A DNA stretch of 64,000 nt from a virus (taxonomy: Duplodnaviria > Caudoviricetes), in the IMG/VR virus record IMGVR_UViG_3300037851_001309, positions 11,805-75,804 of that record; one strand, given 5' to 3'. Numbering within the stretch: the stretch's first letter is position 1; every line of letters starts with the position of its first letter. The notes below the pieces were generated by a model. The model searched no databases and had not been told where the DNA came from. It saw only the letters and a list, made by a program, of their open reading frames with translations. This document shows positions 7,773-16,403 of the stretch, one piece after another. The position numbers were made by a program, and so were the translations under genes.

Positions 7773-10169
7773 CTACAAGCCAAAATACCGGGCCAAACCA
7801 ACAAAAGCATCAGCAGAAACCTTGACATTAGAAATAAGCATGGAGGACCCGTCTTTGCTATAGAGCCTCAATGTTTTCTTGGGCCCGGAGTAGGCAGGAC
7901 ATCCTGCTTCTTCGTCCAAAAACAGGATGATGTCATTGAGCCGGCGTACGATGCTCGGGACCGTCCTCTGAACGATATAGTCCAAATTACCGTCAGTGTC
8001 TGCTGTCCCAGCAGGAACAATAACCGGTTCGAGGGTAGTTGAAGGGGGTGGTGTCTCCTCAGGTTTAGGGTCTATTTGCTGTTCTACTGATACTTCCGCA
8101 GTAACCTCTACTTTTACCTCTTCAACCAGAGGGATCGTGACCTGTGTCGGAGCGTGGAATTCAATAGGAGCCACGGAATCTCTAAGCTCAGGATGCTCCT
8201 TGAAAAAATCATTGGTAACATGCCAGCTATCACCGTATTCAGCATCTACCGTAAGGGGGACAGGCCATTTCAAGGGCTCTTCCTGAAGAACATTTTTGAG
8301 GCACATTATGTTATTGATTGGAGGAATATACTCCTCCAGCTTATCTGCAGGCATCTCAAAAACCAACTCATCATGCATCGTGAGAAGTAACTTAATTTCA
8401 TCTTCAAGATGGTTGGCCTTAATCCAGTTATCTACACGGACCATCACCGTCTTCATAATGTCCGCACAAACACCCTGAATCTTAAAATTTGTAGCACATC
8501 TATCGGCATGTGCTTCCAGACCCCGATCTCCACTATCATAAAACATATGGAGCGGGCGGATTCGGCCGAACTCCGTTTGAGCAAACTTCCTTTTCCTTGC
8601 CAGGGCTCTTTCCCTCTTGATCCAACGATCTAACTGAGGAAGACCTTCGAAGAAAGCAGTGAGGATTCTTTTTGCTTCTTTTTCACTTAGTTTTGCCTGC
8701 TCTGCAAGACCCCTTGGGCCACCACCGTACATTACCAGGAAGTTGGTGGTCTTACTAGCCTGACGTTCAGCTTTGGTGATTTCTTCTTTCCTAAAGATAA
8801 CTTTACCCGTGGCAGTATGGAGATCTGCAGAGCCGTATAAAAATTCGTCCACCCATTTTTTCTCTCTGGACAGGTTCGCCGCCACCCGCAATTCTTCCCC
8901 CGAAAAGTCCATGGCAACGATCTTTTTTCCGGGTCGAGCAATAAAAGCCTTCCGAATATCAGGTACACTTTCATCATAGTTTGCCGGGATGGATTGCACA
9001 TTTACGGCAGAATAACCATCTTGATCGATACCTTTCCCTCCTGGGGAAGAGAACCGCCCAGTATCCGTTCCGTTTTGATTAAAAGACAGCTTAATACAGT
9101 TATCCTCATCACAGTTCTTAATTAGGTTCTCGACATACGTACCCAAGGACTTTTCCAATTCCCGATGTTCAATAAGTTTCTTCACGATCGGATGTTCGTC
9201 TGCAATCTTTTCCAACGTAGCTATATCGGTCTTGTATTGCCCTCGGGCGGTCTTCTCTTTTTCAGGATAACGGTATTTAAGTTTATCGAAAAGGATTTTT
9301 CCTAACTGCTGGGTGCTGGCTATATTAAAAACTTCTCCTGCCAGCTCATGCACCTCTTTTTCAATGTCGGTCAATTTTGTCTTGATCCGATCTTTTTCCT
9401 TCAGTAAATATTCCCGGTCTATTTTTATAAGATTTGCCTCCATCTGCATAACGACAGGTACGAGGCGTTTTTCAAGGTTATAAATAGGCCTTTGATCAAT
9501 GACCGTTTTTTGCGTCATGAAAAATTCGTACAACCCATACGTACAGATAGCGTCGGAAGCTGCATAGATATAGCAGATCTTGGGAGAAACCAGAGTGAAT
9601 TGCTTGGTTCCCCCTGTAATCTCATCAAAGTCGACCATGGGTTGATTAAGGATTTTATCCGAGAGATATTTCAGACCGATTTCTTTCTGGCCTGCATCAT
9701 ACAATCGGGCAAGGATCAGGGTATCCTCAAAGCGATCGAACTGATTAACAATGATCCCCTCATTTTTAAGCACTTGAAGGTCATATTTGGCGTTGTGGAC
9801 TATGATGATACAGTTATTGCATAGCCGACGTATCTCGTCCATGACAGGGGCCTCAGGAAGATTGTACTCTACCCCTCCTCTATGGTTAGTTGCCACATAA
9901 ATGGCATTTGAAACGTCATAAGCTATGCTGAATCCGAGTATTTTGATGTAGGGCACTCCATCTTTTCTCACTCTGGTATTCAGCCCGGTAGCCTCAAGGT
10001 CGAGAGCACACACATTTCTTTCTATGCATTTATCAATGAAATCATGAAGCTCCTGGGTGCTTTCACAGAGCTTCATGTTCTTATCTTTCATCCAGGCCAT
10101 GGCCCTGGTGATGTCTTTGACATTGTCTTCGAGATATTCTTCAAAACCTATGGTTGTGACTTTAGGCAT
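7773..10169 (-). CDS. polA: Family A DNA polymerase with 3'-5' exonuclease, no 5'-3' nuclease, and a C-terminal extension
   Basis: Exo motifs DLEATG, HNAKYD and YAASDA; TDTGRFSSP; motif A DFSGEELRVAANLS; motif B RQASKTTNFLVMYG; motif C MHDELVFE. Confidence 0.96.
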   Translation of the reverse strand: MPKVTTIGFEEYLEDNVKDITRAMAWMKDKNMKLCESTQELHDFIDKCIERNVCALDLEATGLNTRVRKDGVPYIKILGFSIAYDVSNAIYVATNHRGGVEYNLPEAPVMDEIRRLCNNCIIIVHNAKYDLQVLKNEGIIVNQFDRFEDTLILARLYDAGQKEIGLKYLSDKILNQPMVDFDEITGGTKQFTLVSPKICYIYAASDAICTYGLYEFFMTQKTVIDQRPIYNLEKRLVPVVMQMEANLIKIDREYLLKEKDRIKTKLTDIEKEVHELAGEVFNIASTQQLGKILFDKLKYRYPEKEKTARGQYKTDIATLEKIADEHPIVKKLIEHRELEKSLGTYVENLIKNCDEDNCIKLSFNQNGTDTGRFSSPGGKGIDQDGYSAVNVQSIPANYDESVPDIRKAFIARPGKKIVAMDFSGEELRVAANLSREKKWVDEFLYGSADLHTATGKVIFRKEEITKAERQASKTTNFLVMYGGGPRGLAEQAKLSEKEAKRILTAFFEGLPQLDRWIKRERALARKRKFAQTEFGRIRPLHMFYDSGDRGLEAHADRCATNFKIQGVCADIMKTVMVRVDNWIKANHLEDEIKLLLTMHDELVFEMPADKLEEYIPPINNIMCLKNVLQEEPLKWPVPLTVDAEYGDSWHVTNDFFKEHPELRDSVAPIEFHAPTQVTIPLVEEVKVEVTAEVSVEQQIDPKPEETPPPSTTLEPVIVPAGTADTDGNLDYIVQRTVPSIVRRLNDIILFLDEEAGCPAYSGPKKTLRLYSKDGSSMLISNVKVSADAFVGLARYFGL

Positions 10170-10696
10170 AGTATTTTATCCTGTATTTTATTTAAACTTT
10201 CCGTTGAATCCGCCCCTTTTGATATTGCATACTCCGTCATAAAGAAAGCAGCACAAAGAGCACGATATTTTTCAAATGGAATTTTCTGTCTTAGGTCAAT
10301 AATATTTGACCTGATCTGTATTACGTCTACTTCCTTCACAGAATAAGTTCGGTCAGGAAGCCCCAGTTCAGGTGTCTCAGGAATTGATGATGTATCAATC
10401 CTGTATCTTTTTATTATGTAATCCAAAGTCTCATTATAGGACAGCTTCTCCATATCTTTGACAAAAGAAACAACATCCCAAGATTTCCTGCATACCCAGC
10501 AATAGCAGGATTTAGTAGAATTATACAATCGAGCAGAAGGCTTCGAATCCTTCCCATGGATAGGGCATTTGAATTGAACCTCGCTGGCAAGATGTGGGTC
10601 ATAAGCAAAGCTGACCTTATAGGCCAGCATCACATCTGCAAGATTAAGAGTATCTACAATAAGATCCCTCAATTTTTGGGGGTCTTTCAAACTCAT
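10148..10696 (-). CDS. Stand-alone CHC2 zinc-finger (DnaG primase Zn-binding domain) protein
   Basis: CPIHGKDSKPSARLY...CYCWVCRKSWDVVSFVKDMEKLSYNETLDYI is the DnaG-type CHC2 finger. The 182-aa length leaves no room for a TOPRIM domain. Confidence 0.85.
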   Translation of the reverse strand: MSLKDPQKLRDLIVDTLNLADVMLAYKVSFAYDPHLASEVQFKCPIHGKDSKPSARLYNSTKSCYCWVCRKSWDVVSFVKDMEKLSYNETLDYIIKRYRIDTSSIPETPELGLPDRTYSVKEVDVIQIRSNIIDLRQKIPFEKYRALCAAFFMTEYAISKGADSTESLNKIQDKILCLKSQP

Positions 10697-10697
10697 C

Positions 10698-12185
10698 TTA
10701 TACGTCCAAGGGGATTACACCGACAGTATTCTCTTTTTCTTCTGTCTTCTTTTTCTGTATAAACTCTCGTATCTGCCGAGTTCCAAAGTCTATGTGGGCC
10801 TCGAAAGGATCAAACCCGGCACCCTTTCGATGAGCTAAGCAAGCCAGTTTAATGATCCCCGACTTTTTCATCTCGTCACTCATATAGGTTGAGATAATTA
10901 AGTCACAGGACCGTTCAGCTTCGTTGGCATTTGATAAAGCGGAAAGTTTATACATCCCGTCATTTTTCTCAGCATCTTTATGTCCTTGCCGGTTTATCTG
11001 GAATGGGCTGATGATACGAAGCATCCGTCCGTTGTCAAAATTAATACACATGTTCTTCAGCTTTTTTATCACGTTATTGAGGTCAATATTCCAATCCCCA
11101 TAACGATCGCTCTGATCTGGTACCATTAGCCCGACATAGTCAACGATCAGGAAGTCCAAGGTTTTGCCAACATCCATAAGGCGGGCATTGTAATCATAGG
11201 CCAGCATCTCAAGTCTGGACGGGGTTAAACTCTCAGTAGGCTGATGGACATACAGACTTCCAAAGTCTGTACGAGAGGAAAAATCCATCGAGGCGAATTC
11301 AAAAAACTCCTGCTCCATATCTGATAGCTCGCCATAGTTTACCTTATCATAAGTAACGTTTCCTATAAGTCCTTTGTACTTTTGATGGTCAAGCCAATCA
11401 GCGTTACAGGTGTGGAGAACATAGAGCATGTCACGCATTTCCTGAAAATTCATCTCCAGAGTAACAAACATCCCATTAAGTCCCTGCATAACCCCGTTAT
11501 AGGCCAGATTGGTAATGGTAATGGTCTTACCTTGTTTTACATAGGCGGCGACCATCATCAGTTCCCCAGGCTTCAATCCACGAACACTATCATCGATGCG
11601 GTCAAGAAAGGTATACATCCCCAGATTTCTTAATGGGTCAGCTTTCCTTTGCTTGTACTGATCTATAACTTCTTTACTATCAACAGTGGTTTTTATATCG
11701 CTTTCAGTTTTTGTAGTCAGATTCGTCATTCGGAAATCGCGGGATTTGCTGATGATATACTCAATAGCAGCCCCAATACCCTTGATCTCTTTTTTCCCTA
11801 TTTTTAAACCATCATTGGCTATCTGCCAGGTTTCCTGCAATGCTTTTTGAAGGGAAGCATTTGATTGCTCCTCGAATTTCTCCTTGAGGATCGCTTTATA
11901 ATCGGATCGAATATAAGGGAATTCAGGGACGATGTCCCGAATTGATGCCAGTACTCCCTCATTACCCTCTTTTTCTGCTTTGGAATTCAGGAGATTTACA
12001 GAAGGTAATTCTTTGTACTCCCGATGGTGAGCTTCAATCCAATGGTATAAAGTGATATAAGATGGATCCTCAGGCTTTACCTTGCTGGCCAGAAAAGCAC
12101 GATAATTCTGATCCAGGTCTTCCATGTCAATAGTAGGGCGACCGTCTTTAGGGACATCAATTATAGATCTGAATATTCTTTTCAT
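10698..12185 (-). CDS. dnaB: DnaB-like (SF4) replicative helicase
   Basis: GLKPGELMMVAAYVKQGKT (Walker A variant), FVTLEM, LIVDYVGLM (Walker B), SPFQINR, and EAERSCDLII (H4-like). Confidence 0.88.
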   Translation of the reverse strand: MKRIFRSIIDVPKDGRPTIDMEDLDQNYRAFLASKVKPEDPSYITLYHWIEAHHREYKELPSVNLLNSKAEKEGNEGVLASIRDIVPEFPYIRSDYKAILKEKFEEQSNASLQKALQETWQIANDGLKIGKKEIKGIGAAIEYIISKSRDFRMTNLTTKTESDIKTTVDSKEVIDQYKQRKADPLRNLGMYTFLDRIDDSVRGLKPGELMMVAAYVKQGKTITITNLAYNGVMQGLNGMFVTLEMNFQEMRDMLYVLHTCNADWLDHQKYKGLIGNVTYDKVNYGELSDMEQEFFEFASMDFSSRTDFGSLYVHQPTESLTPSRLEMLAYDYNARLMDVGKTLDFLIVDYVGLMVPDQSDRYGDWNIDLNNVIKKLKNMCINFDNGRMLRIISPFQINRQGHKDAEKNDGMYKLSALSNANEAERSCDLIISTYMSDEMKKSGIIKLACLAHRKGAGFDPFEAHIDFGTRQIREFIQKKKTEEKENTVGVIPLDV

Positions 12186-12188
12186 ATG

Positions 12189-12878
12189 TTATCCTACAGG
12201 GCTGAATCCAGCGGCAAAATTTTTACTTTTAGTTATTTCATTACTTTTTATAACGGCATTCTGAGAAGAGATAGTAATTTTTTCATAGGTCTTGATAATC
12301 TCTTCAAGCTCCGTCGACTTCTCCTGCTCACACTGAGCAATTGTAGGCTTTAAAATGGGAAGATATATCCACGTTGGCTTTTTTTCTTCCCTTCGAATCT
12401 GTGCTAAATGGCTCATGCAAGGAGCAATAGCCTTGTTCTTCTCAACAGTTCCGAAGTTTACAATAACAAGATCAAAATCGGAAAGAGCAGAAAGATGTAG
12501 CCATGTATCATCATCCTTGGCTATATAATAATCCTGAACGATATCGATTGATCGGGCAAACAGTATTCTTGGCTTAGGGTTAATAAACCGGTTTTTCATA
12601 AGGAGTGATTTTATTTGAAGCACAAAGGTATCATAATTCCCGGTGATGATAAAATTCGGGCTGTTTATGAGATCGTACGGCTTGAACAAAAGCTGAGGAT
12701 CCATTTTGTCGGGATGCAGGTATGTTGTATTCAGATATTGAATGAGTTTGTTTTCTCTGGAAACAATAACTGATGCAAGACATACGCAAGGTACGCTTGC
12801 CATTCTTTTTAACTTGGTTCTTTCATGGAGCACAGGGATCATGGTTTCCCCTGTGCCATTACAATATTCACACTTCAT
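12189..12878 (-). CDS. DnaC/IstB-like helicase-loader homologue with an N-terminal Zn site and degenerate ATPase motifs
   Basis: Likely start MKCEYCNGTG at 12878, whose codons overlap the last codons of the SNF2 gene; the ORF track extends to 12980. CxxC...CxC N-terminus; DLVIVNFG...IRREEKKPTWI aligns by eye with DLLIIDDLG...R...PTII of DnaC. Adjacent to DnaB. Confidence 0.55.
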   Translation of the reverse strand: MKCEYCNGTGETMIPVLHERTKLKRMASVPCVCLASVIVSRENKLIQYLNTTYLHPDKMDPQLLFKPYDLINSPNFIITGNYDTFVLQIKSLLMKNRFINPKPRILFARSIDIVQDYYIAKDDDTWLHLSALSDFDLVIVNFGTVEKNKAIAPCMSHLAQIRREEKKPTWIYLPILKPTIAQCEQEKSTELEEIIKTYEKITISSQNAVIKSNEITKSKNFAAGFSPVG

Positions 12879-14553
12879 GTTCTGCATCCTCGAGAATATC
12901 TTGATAAAGTGCATCAAGGGTGTCGTCATCCTCAGTGAATACCAGGGCACCTTTTGCGGTATCCCCCAATATTTCATCACTTAAATCTTTTTTCTTCGAC
13001 ACCCTATTCATTACTCGTACGTCAATGGTCCCTTTATTTATCATATGAATAAGAAGGACATGCTCCTGAAGGCTTCCAATTCGTTGGGCACGCCCTATAG
13101 TCTGAACAAGATCACCATAGCTCCAAGGCGTGTCATAGAAGATGATTACTCCTGCAGCCTGCAAATTTAACGAAGCAGAACCTGCAGTAGTGATAAACAT
13201 AACCCTGCATTCCGGATCATTCTGGAATTTTAATCGGGCCTGATCTCTTTCTTGGGTAGTAAGAACATCTCCCGTAATCTTCGTGTACTTTACCCCGCAC
13301 CGCTCACAAATCGACTCAAGCACATGAAGGCCACTTTTGAATCGAGAAAAAACCAATATCTTTTCAGTGAGAAGTTCTTCTGATATCAGCCGTTCAAATT
13401 CAATCTCTTTGCTGGAATCATGGGGATCATTAACTAATTTTGGCCCATTGCTTATCATCTGACAGTACACCAGAGCAGCCAACTTCCCTCTTTTTCTTCC
13501 ATCTTCAGTAAGATATTTGTCGTACTTTTCCTTACGCTCATTGTAGAGGGCAAGAGTCTTTTCATCCGTATTCCCAGCACGGACCTTATCATAAACTTCA
13601 AAATATTCCCTCTTGATCCGCTCCTCGTAGATGATCCCGGACAGTGCCTTCTTATAAAGCTCTTTCTGTTCTGGCTCCATCTCCAAAATTGCTTTGCGGG
13701 AAATCAATTTAGGTAATTCAGACGCTACATCTTCTTTTTTTCGAGTGAGTATATAAGGGTCAATCAGTTGCTTAAATTGAGTTAAGTTCTTGTACCCTAT
13801 AGTCTTAGGAAGATACCTGTCTTTGCCGTTGATGTGCAGTTTCATGAGCTTCTGCTCACAAAACATCTTACAAAATGATGTGATATTCCCAAAAAGCCCG
13901 GGGACTACAACCGCATAGATACTCCATACTTCTTCCAAGGTATTCTTAATAATGGTGGCCGAGAGACCATAAACCCTGCTGGCTGAATCAGCCAATTGCT
14001 GGCAGGCAAAAAATGTTTTGGTCTTACGATTCTTAAATACATGGACTTCATCGAAGCACACCATGTAATTCGAGCCCAGGGTCGCTTTTACTGTCTCATA
14101 CTCATCCATGAGTGGAGTGTAACCCATGACAAGGACCTGTTCTTTAAACTGCTTATATTGGGCACTCCGCGCATTATAGCCGGTCATTCCCGCAAACTCA
14201 TTGGTAATGACTCGACATTCTATGCCGGTCGTAAATTTTTCGAACTCCTCTTTCCACTGGAACATGGCGGACTTCGGACAAAGCACAATCAGTTTTAACG
14301 AAGGGTCATTTTCTAAAAGAAAACTGAAAGCAGCAATCATCTGAAGCGTCTTTCCAATACCTGTCGCGTCGCCAAGAACCATTCTATTAAGGAGCATCAT
14401 ATGGAGAGCACCTATTACCTGATAATAGCGAAGTTTCGTTTCAGGCTTGAGATACTTGTTCGGCTTGAATTCAGCCGTGGTAGACTTACGTAACTCTATC
14501 AGTTTCGGGTATATAGATGGTATTTTTACGAAATTTTCAGCCATTTTCAACAC
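12868..14553 (-). CDS. SNF2-family (SF2) helicase/translocase
   Basis: LGDATGIGKT, LIVLCPKS, FDEVH, SATIIKNTLEE, KILVFSRF, SASLNLQAAGVIIFYDTPW and QTIGRAQRIG. Confidence 0.93.
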   Translation of the reverse strand: MLKMAENFVKIPSIYPKLIELRKSTTAEFKPNKYLKPETKLRYYQVIGALHMMLLNRMVLGDATGIGKTLQMIAAFSFLLENDPSLKLIVLCPKSAMFQWKEEFEKFTTGIECRVITNEFAGMTGYNARSAQYKQFKEQVLVMGYTPLMDEYETVKATLGSNYMVCFDEVHVFKNRKTKTFFACQQLADSASRVYGLSATIIKNTLEEVWSIYAVVVPGLFGNITSFCKMFCEQKLMKLHINGKDRYLPKTIGYKNLTQFKQLIDPYILTRKKEDVASELPKLISRKAILEMEPEQKELYKKALSGIIYEERIKREYFEVYDKVRAGNTDEKTLALYNERKEKYDKYLTEDGRKRGKLAALVYCQMISNGPKLVNDPHDSSKEIEFERLISEELLTEKILVFSRFKSGLHVLESICERCGVKYTKITGDVLTTQERDQARLKFQNDPECRVMFITTAGSASLNLQAAGVIIFYDTPWSYGDLVQTIGRAQRIGSLQEHVLLIHMINKGTIDVRVMNRVSKKKDLSDEILGDTAKGALVFTEDDDTLDALYQDILEDAEHEV

Positions 14554-14591
14554 TCTCCAATGATTTGTGCATCTCTAATACATGGTACAAT

Positions 14592-14626
14592 AAAAGCCCG
14601 GCATTGTTTAACCAACACCGAGCTTT
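14592..14626 (-). terminator. Hairpin closing the virion module (putative terminator)
   Basis: Minus strand AAAGCTCGGTGTTG-gttaaa-CAATGCCGGGCTTT (14-bp stem with three G-U pairs) followed by TATTG, at the structural/replication boundary. The U-tract is weak. Confidence 0.55.
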
Positions 14627-14660
14627 ATTTTCTAAAGGTCTGGAAATATTGGGGTTATAT

Positions 14661-15755
14661 TCAAGCCAAAGTGAGATCTTGCTCAGCCCCTATTACATCC
14701 CGCTCAATAAAAAGCTCCGCCCCATCGGTGTCACGAACTCGAGCACGCATCTTTCTCCAGAGGCCGGAGCTTGCTGTCTCGGACCAGAAGGTTTGCCCTT
14801 CAAGGTTCTGACCAACATGAATGACCCTTTTTCTTTCGCGGAAATTGTTGTCCTCGTAAATAATATCAACGCGGGTTATCTTTGAAGCACTGTTAAAATA
14901 GCCGTTACCTGCCAACGCAGTCATCTCCAATAAAACTTCTTTGTTTATCCTGGAAACGACTCGTCGACTATTTCTGACTGGAGTCAGCTTGAAAAAATTA
15001 AGGCAGTTGTCAACTGAATAAATCACGCTTAACTGATCGCCCGAACTCAAAATACCATCAAGGGTCTTACCGTCCCATCGAAGCTGGTTATCAATGGCAT
15101 AATAATCAATACCATAAATTTGAGAGGATCCCTTAACAACCGATACTGCTACTTCAGAGGCGGCAACTGGAGTCCTATTTAGGAGGACATATTTATTACT
15201 GATATCGGCTCCTGTCAGAGTAATCGTTTCCGATTTCGGTTCTTCCAATGTTGGCATGGGAGAAATGGACCAATTATTGTTAAACAGCCCATCACCACAT
15301 TTGGCTGCCATTATGGTAGACCCACGAGAGGCGTTGGAATTGGCCACGTTCACAAATTGGACATTGGCGATGCCCGTAACGGTCAGATCCCATGGAGCAG
15401 TAGCCAGAAGATCCATGTAAGCAGTCTGTTTACCTGTGAGGGTCAAATCACCGCCAACAACAATAAAGGAGTTGTTCAAACCGGTAGGTGTGGCAACAGC
15501 ATCACCACGAATTTTCAGATTACCAAGGGTCTCAAACCGCTTTCCATTGAACTTAATAGACCCGTTGGTCATATCCATCAACTGAATAAGTACTGAAATA
15601 TCTACAGTGCAAAGACCGGTACCATTGGAATCGAAATACACATTATCTGAAGGCCCGGGGACAGAGAAACCACCGGAGCCCCCAGGGGAATCTGACCAAT
15701 TGGCAATATTATTCCAATCACCGGCTGAATTTTTAATCCAATATCTGTCAGCCAT
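14661..15755 (-). CDS. Modular virion/tail-associated protein (364 aa)
   Basis: N-terminal RYWIKNSAGDWNNIANWSDSPGGSGGFSVPGPSDNVYFD motif typical of phage fibre/adhesin beta-rich proteins. It shares an internal module with 21043-24630. Confidence 0.6.
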   Translation of the reverse strand: MADRYWIKNSAGDWNNIANWSDSPGGSGGFSVPGPSDNVYFDSNGTGLCTVDISVLIQLMDMTNGSIKFNGKRFETLGNLKIRGDAVATPTGLNNSFIVVGGDLTLTGKQTAYMDLLATAPWDLTVTGIANVQFVNVANSNASRGSTIMAAKCGDGLFNNNWSISPMPTLEEPKSETITLTGADISNKYVLLNRTPVAASEVAVSVVKGSSQIYGIDYYAIDNQLRWDGKTLDGILSSGDQLSVIYSVDNCLNFFKLTPVRNSRRVVSRINKEVLLEMTALAGNGYFNSASKITRVDIIYEDNNFRERKRVIHVGQNLEGQTFWSETASSGLWRKMRARVRDTDGAELFIERDVIGAEQDLTLA

Positions 15756-15758
15756 AGG

Positions 15759-16403
15759 CTACTTCCCTTTTTTCTGTTTTCTTTGCTGTTCCTGATGTTG
15801 TTTTTTAAACAACTTCTTCATAATGTCAAAACCACCAGAATAGTAATTTTTTTCTTTGACCAAATTTACGGCTTTCCTGTGAATATTTGACATTTTTTCT
15901 TCCTTAGGCTGTCCTTTTTTTCCCACTTCTCTCCCAAGAGGATCTACAAATCGACGATCCTTGGTCAATAAAATGTATCTACCACTATCAACAAAATCCC
16001 TTTTGAATTCTTCTGATGAATATTTGTGCTTGTCTGATTTATTGGCATTAAGATAAGATACCTGTGCCTTAGGGAATAGTTCGGGTTTCTTTAGAAAACT
16101 CGAAAATTCTTTTTCTACTTCTTCCGGTGATATTTTAACTTCAGTGTCTTTCTTAATATTTCCTACCGAATCAGAAGCCAGAAGTTCCTGACCGCCCTTT
16201 TGTCTATCCCCCCAAGGATATAAAGGAGTAATATAGGTATACCAGTTCATATCCTTATCTGTAAAAAGGATTGCATATTTTATCCACTGAAAATTAGCTT
16301 CAAATTCCTTAGACTTTTCAATCGTCAAGGATTCAGGATTAAGTGCTTTCAATGGGGGTGCATCAAAAGATACCCGAATCTCATGTAGTGTATGTTCCGC
16401 CAT
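15759..16403 (-). CDS. Hypothetical protein (214 aa, lysine-rich C-terminus)
   Basis: ORF track; TAATG coupling to the upstream gene. Confidence 0.75.
   Translation of the reverse strand: MAEHTLHEIRVSFDAPPLKALNPESLTIEKSKEFEANFQWIKYAILFTDKDMNWYTYITPLYPWGDRQKGGQELLASDSVGNIKKDTEVKISPEEVEKEFSSFLKKPELFPKAQVSYLNANKSDKHKYSSEEFKRDFVDSGRYILLTKDRRFVDPLGREVGKKGQPKEEKMSNIHRKAVNLVKEKNYYSGGFDIMKKLFKKQHQEQQRKQKKGK

Noticed and set aside
12879-12980. ORF-track 5' extensions (12980, 2984, 20974) as real long overlaps
   Set aside because: Better starts exist downstream (12878, 2795, 20950), supported by coupling to the upstream gene or an RBS; the 2984 extension also crosses a terminator.
7773-14553. Inteins, introns or homing endonucleases in polA, dnaB or SNF2
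   Set aside because: Motif spacing is normal, with no intein junction signatures and no LAGLIDADG/HNH/GIY-YIG motifs noticed.
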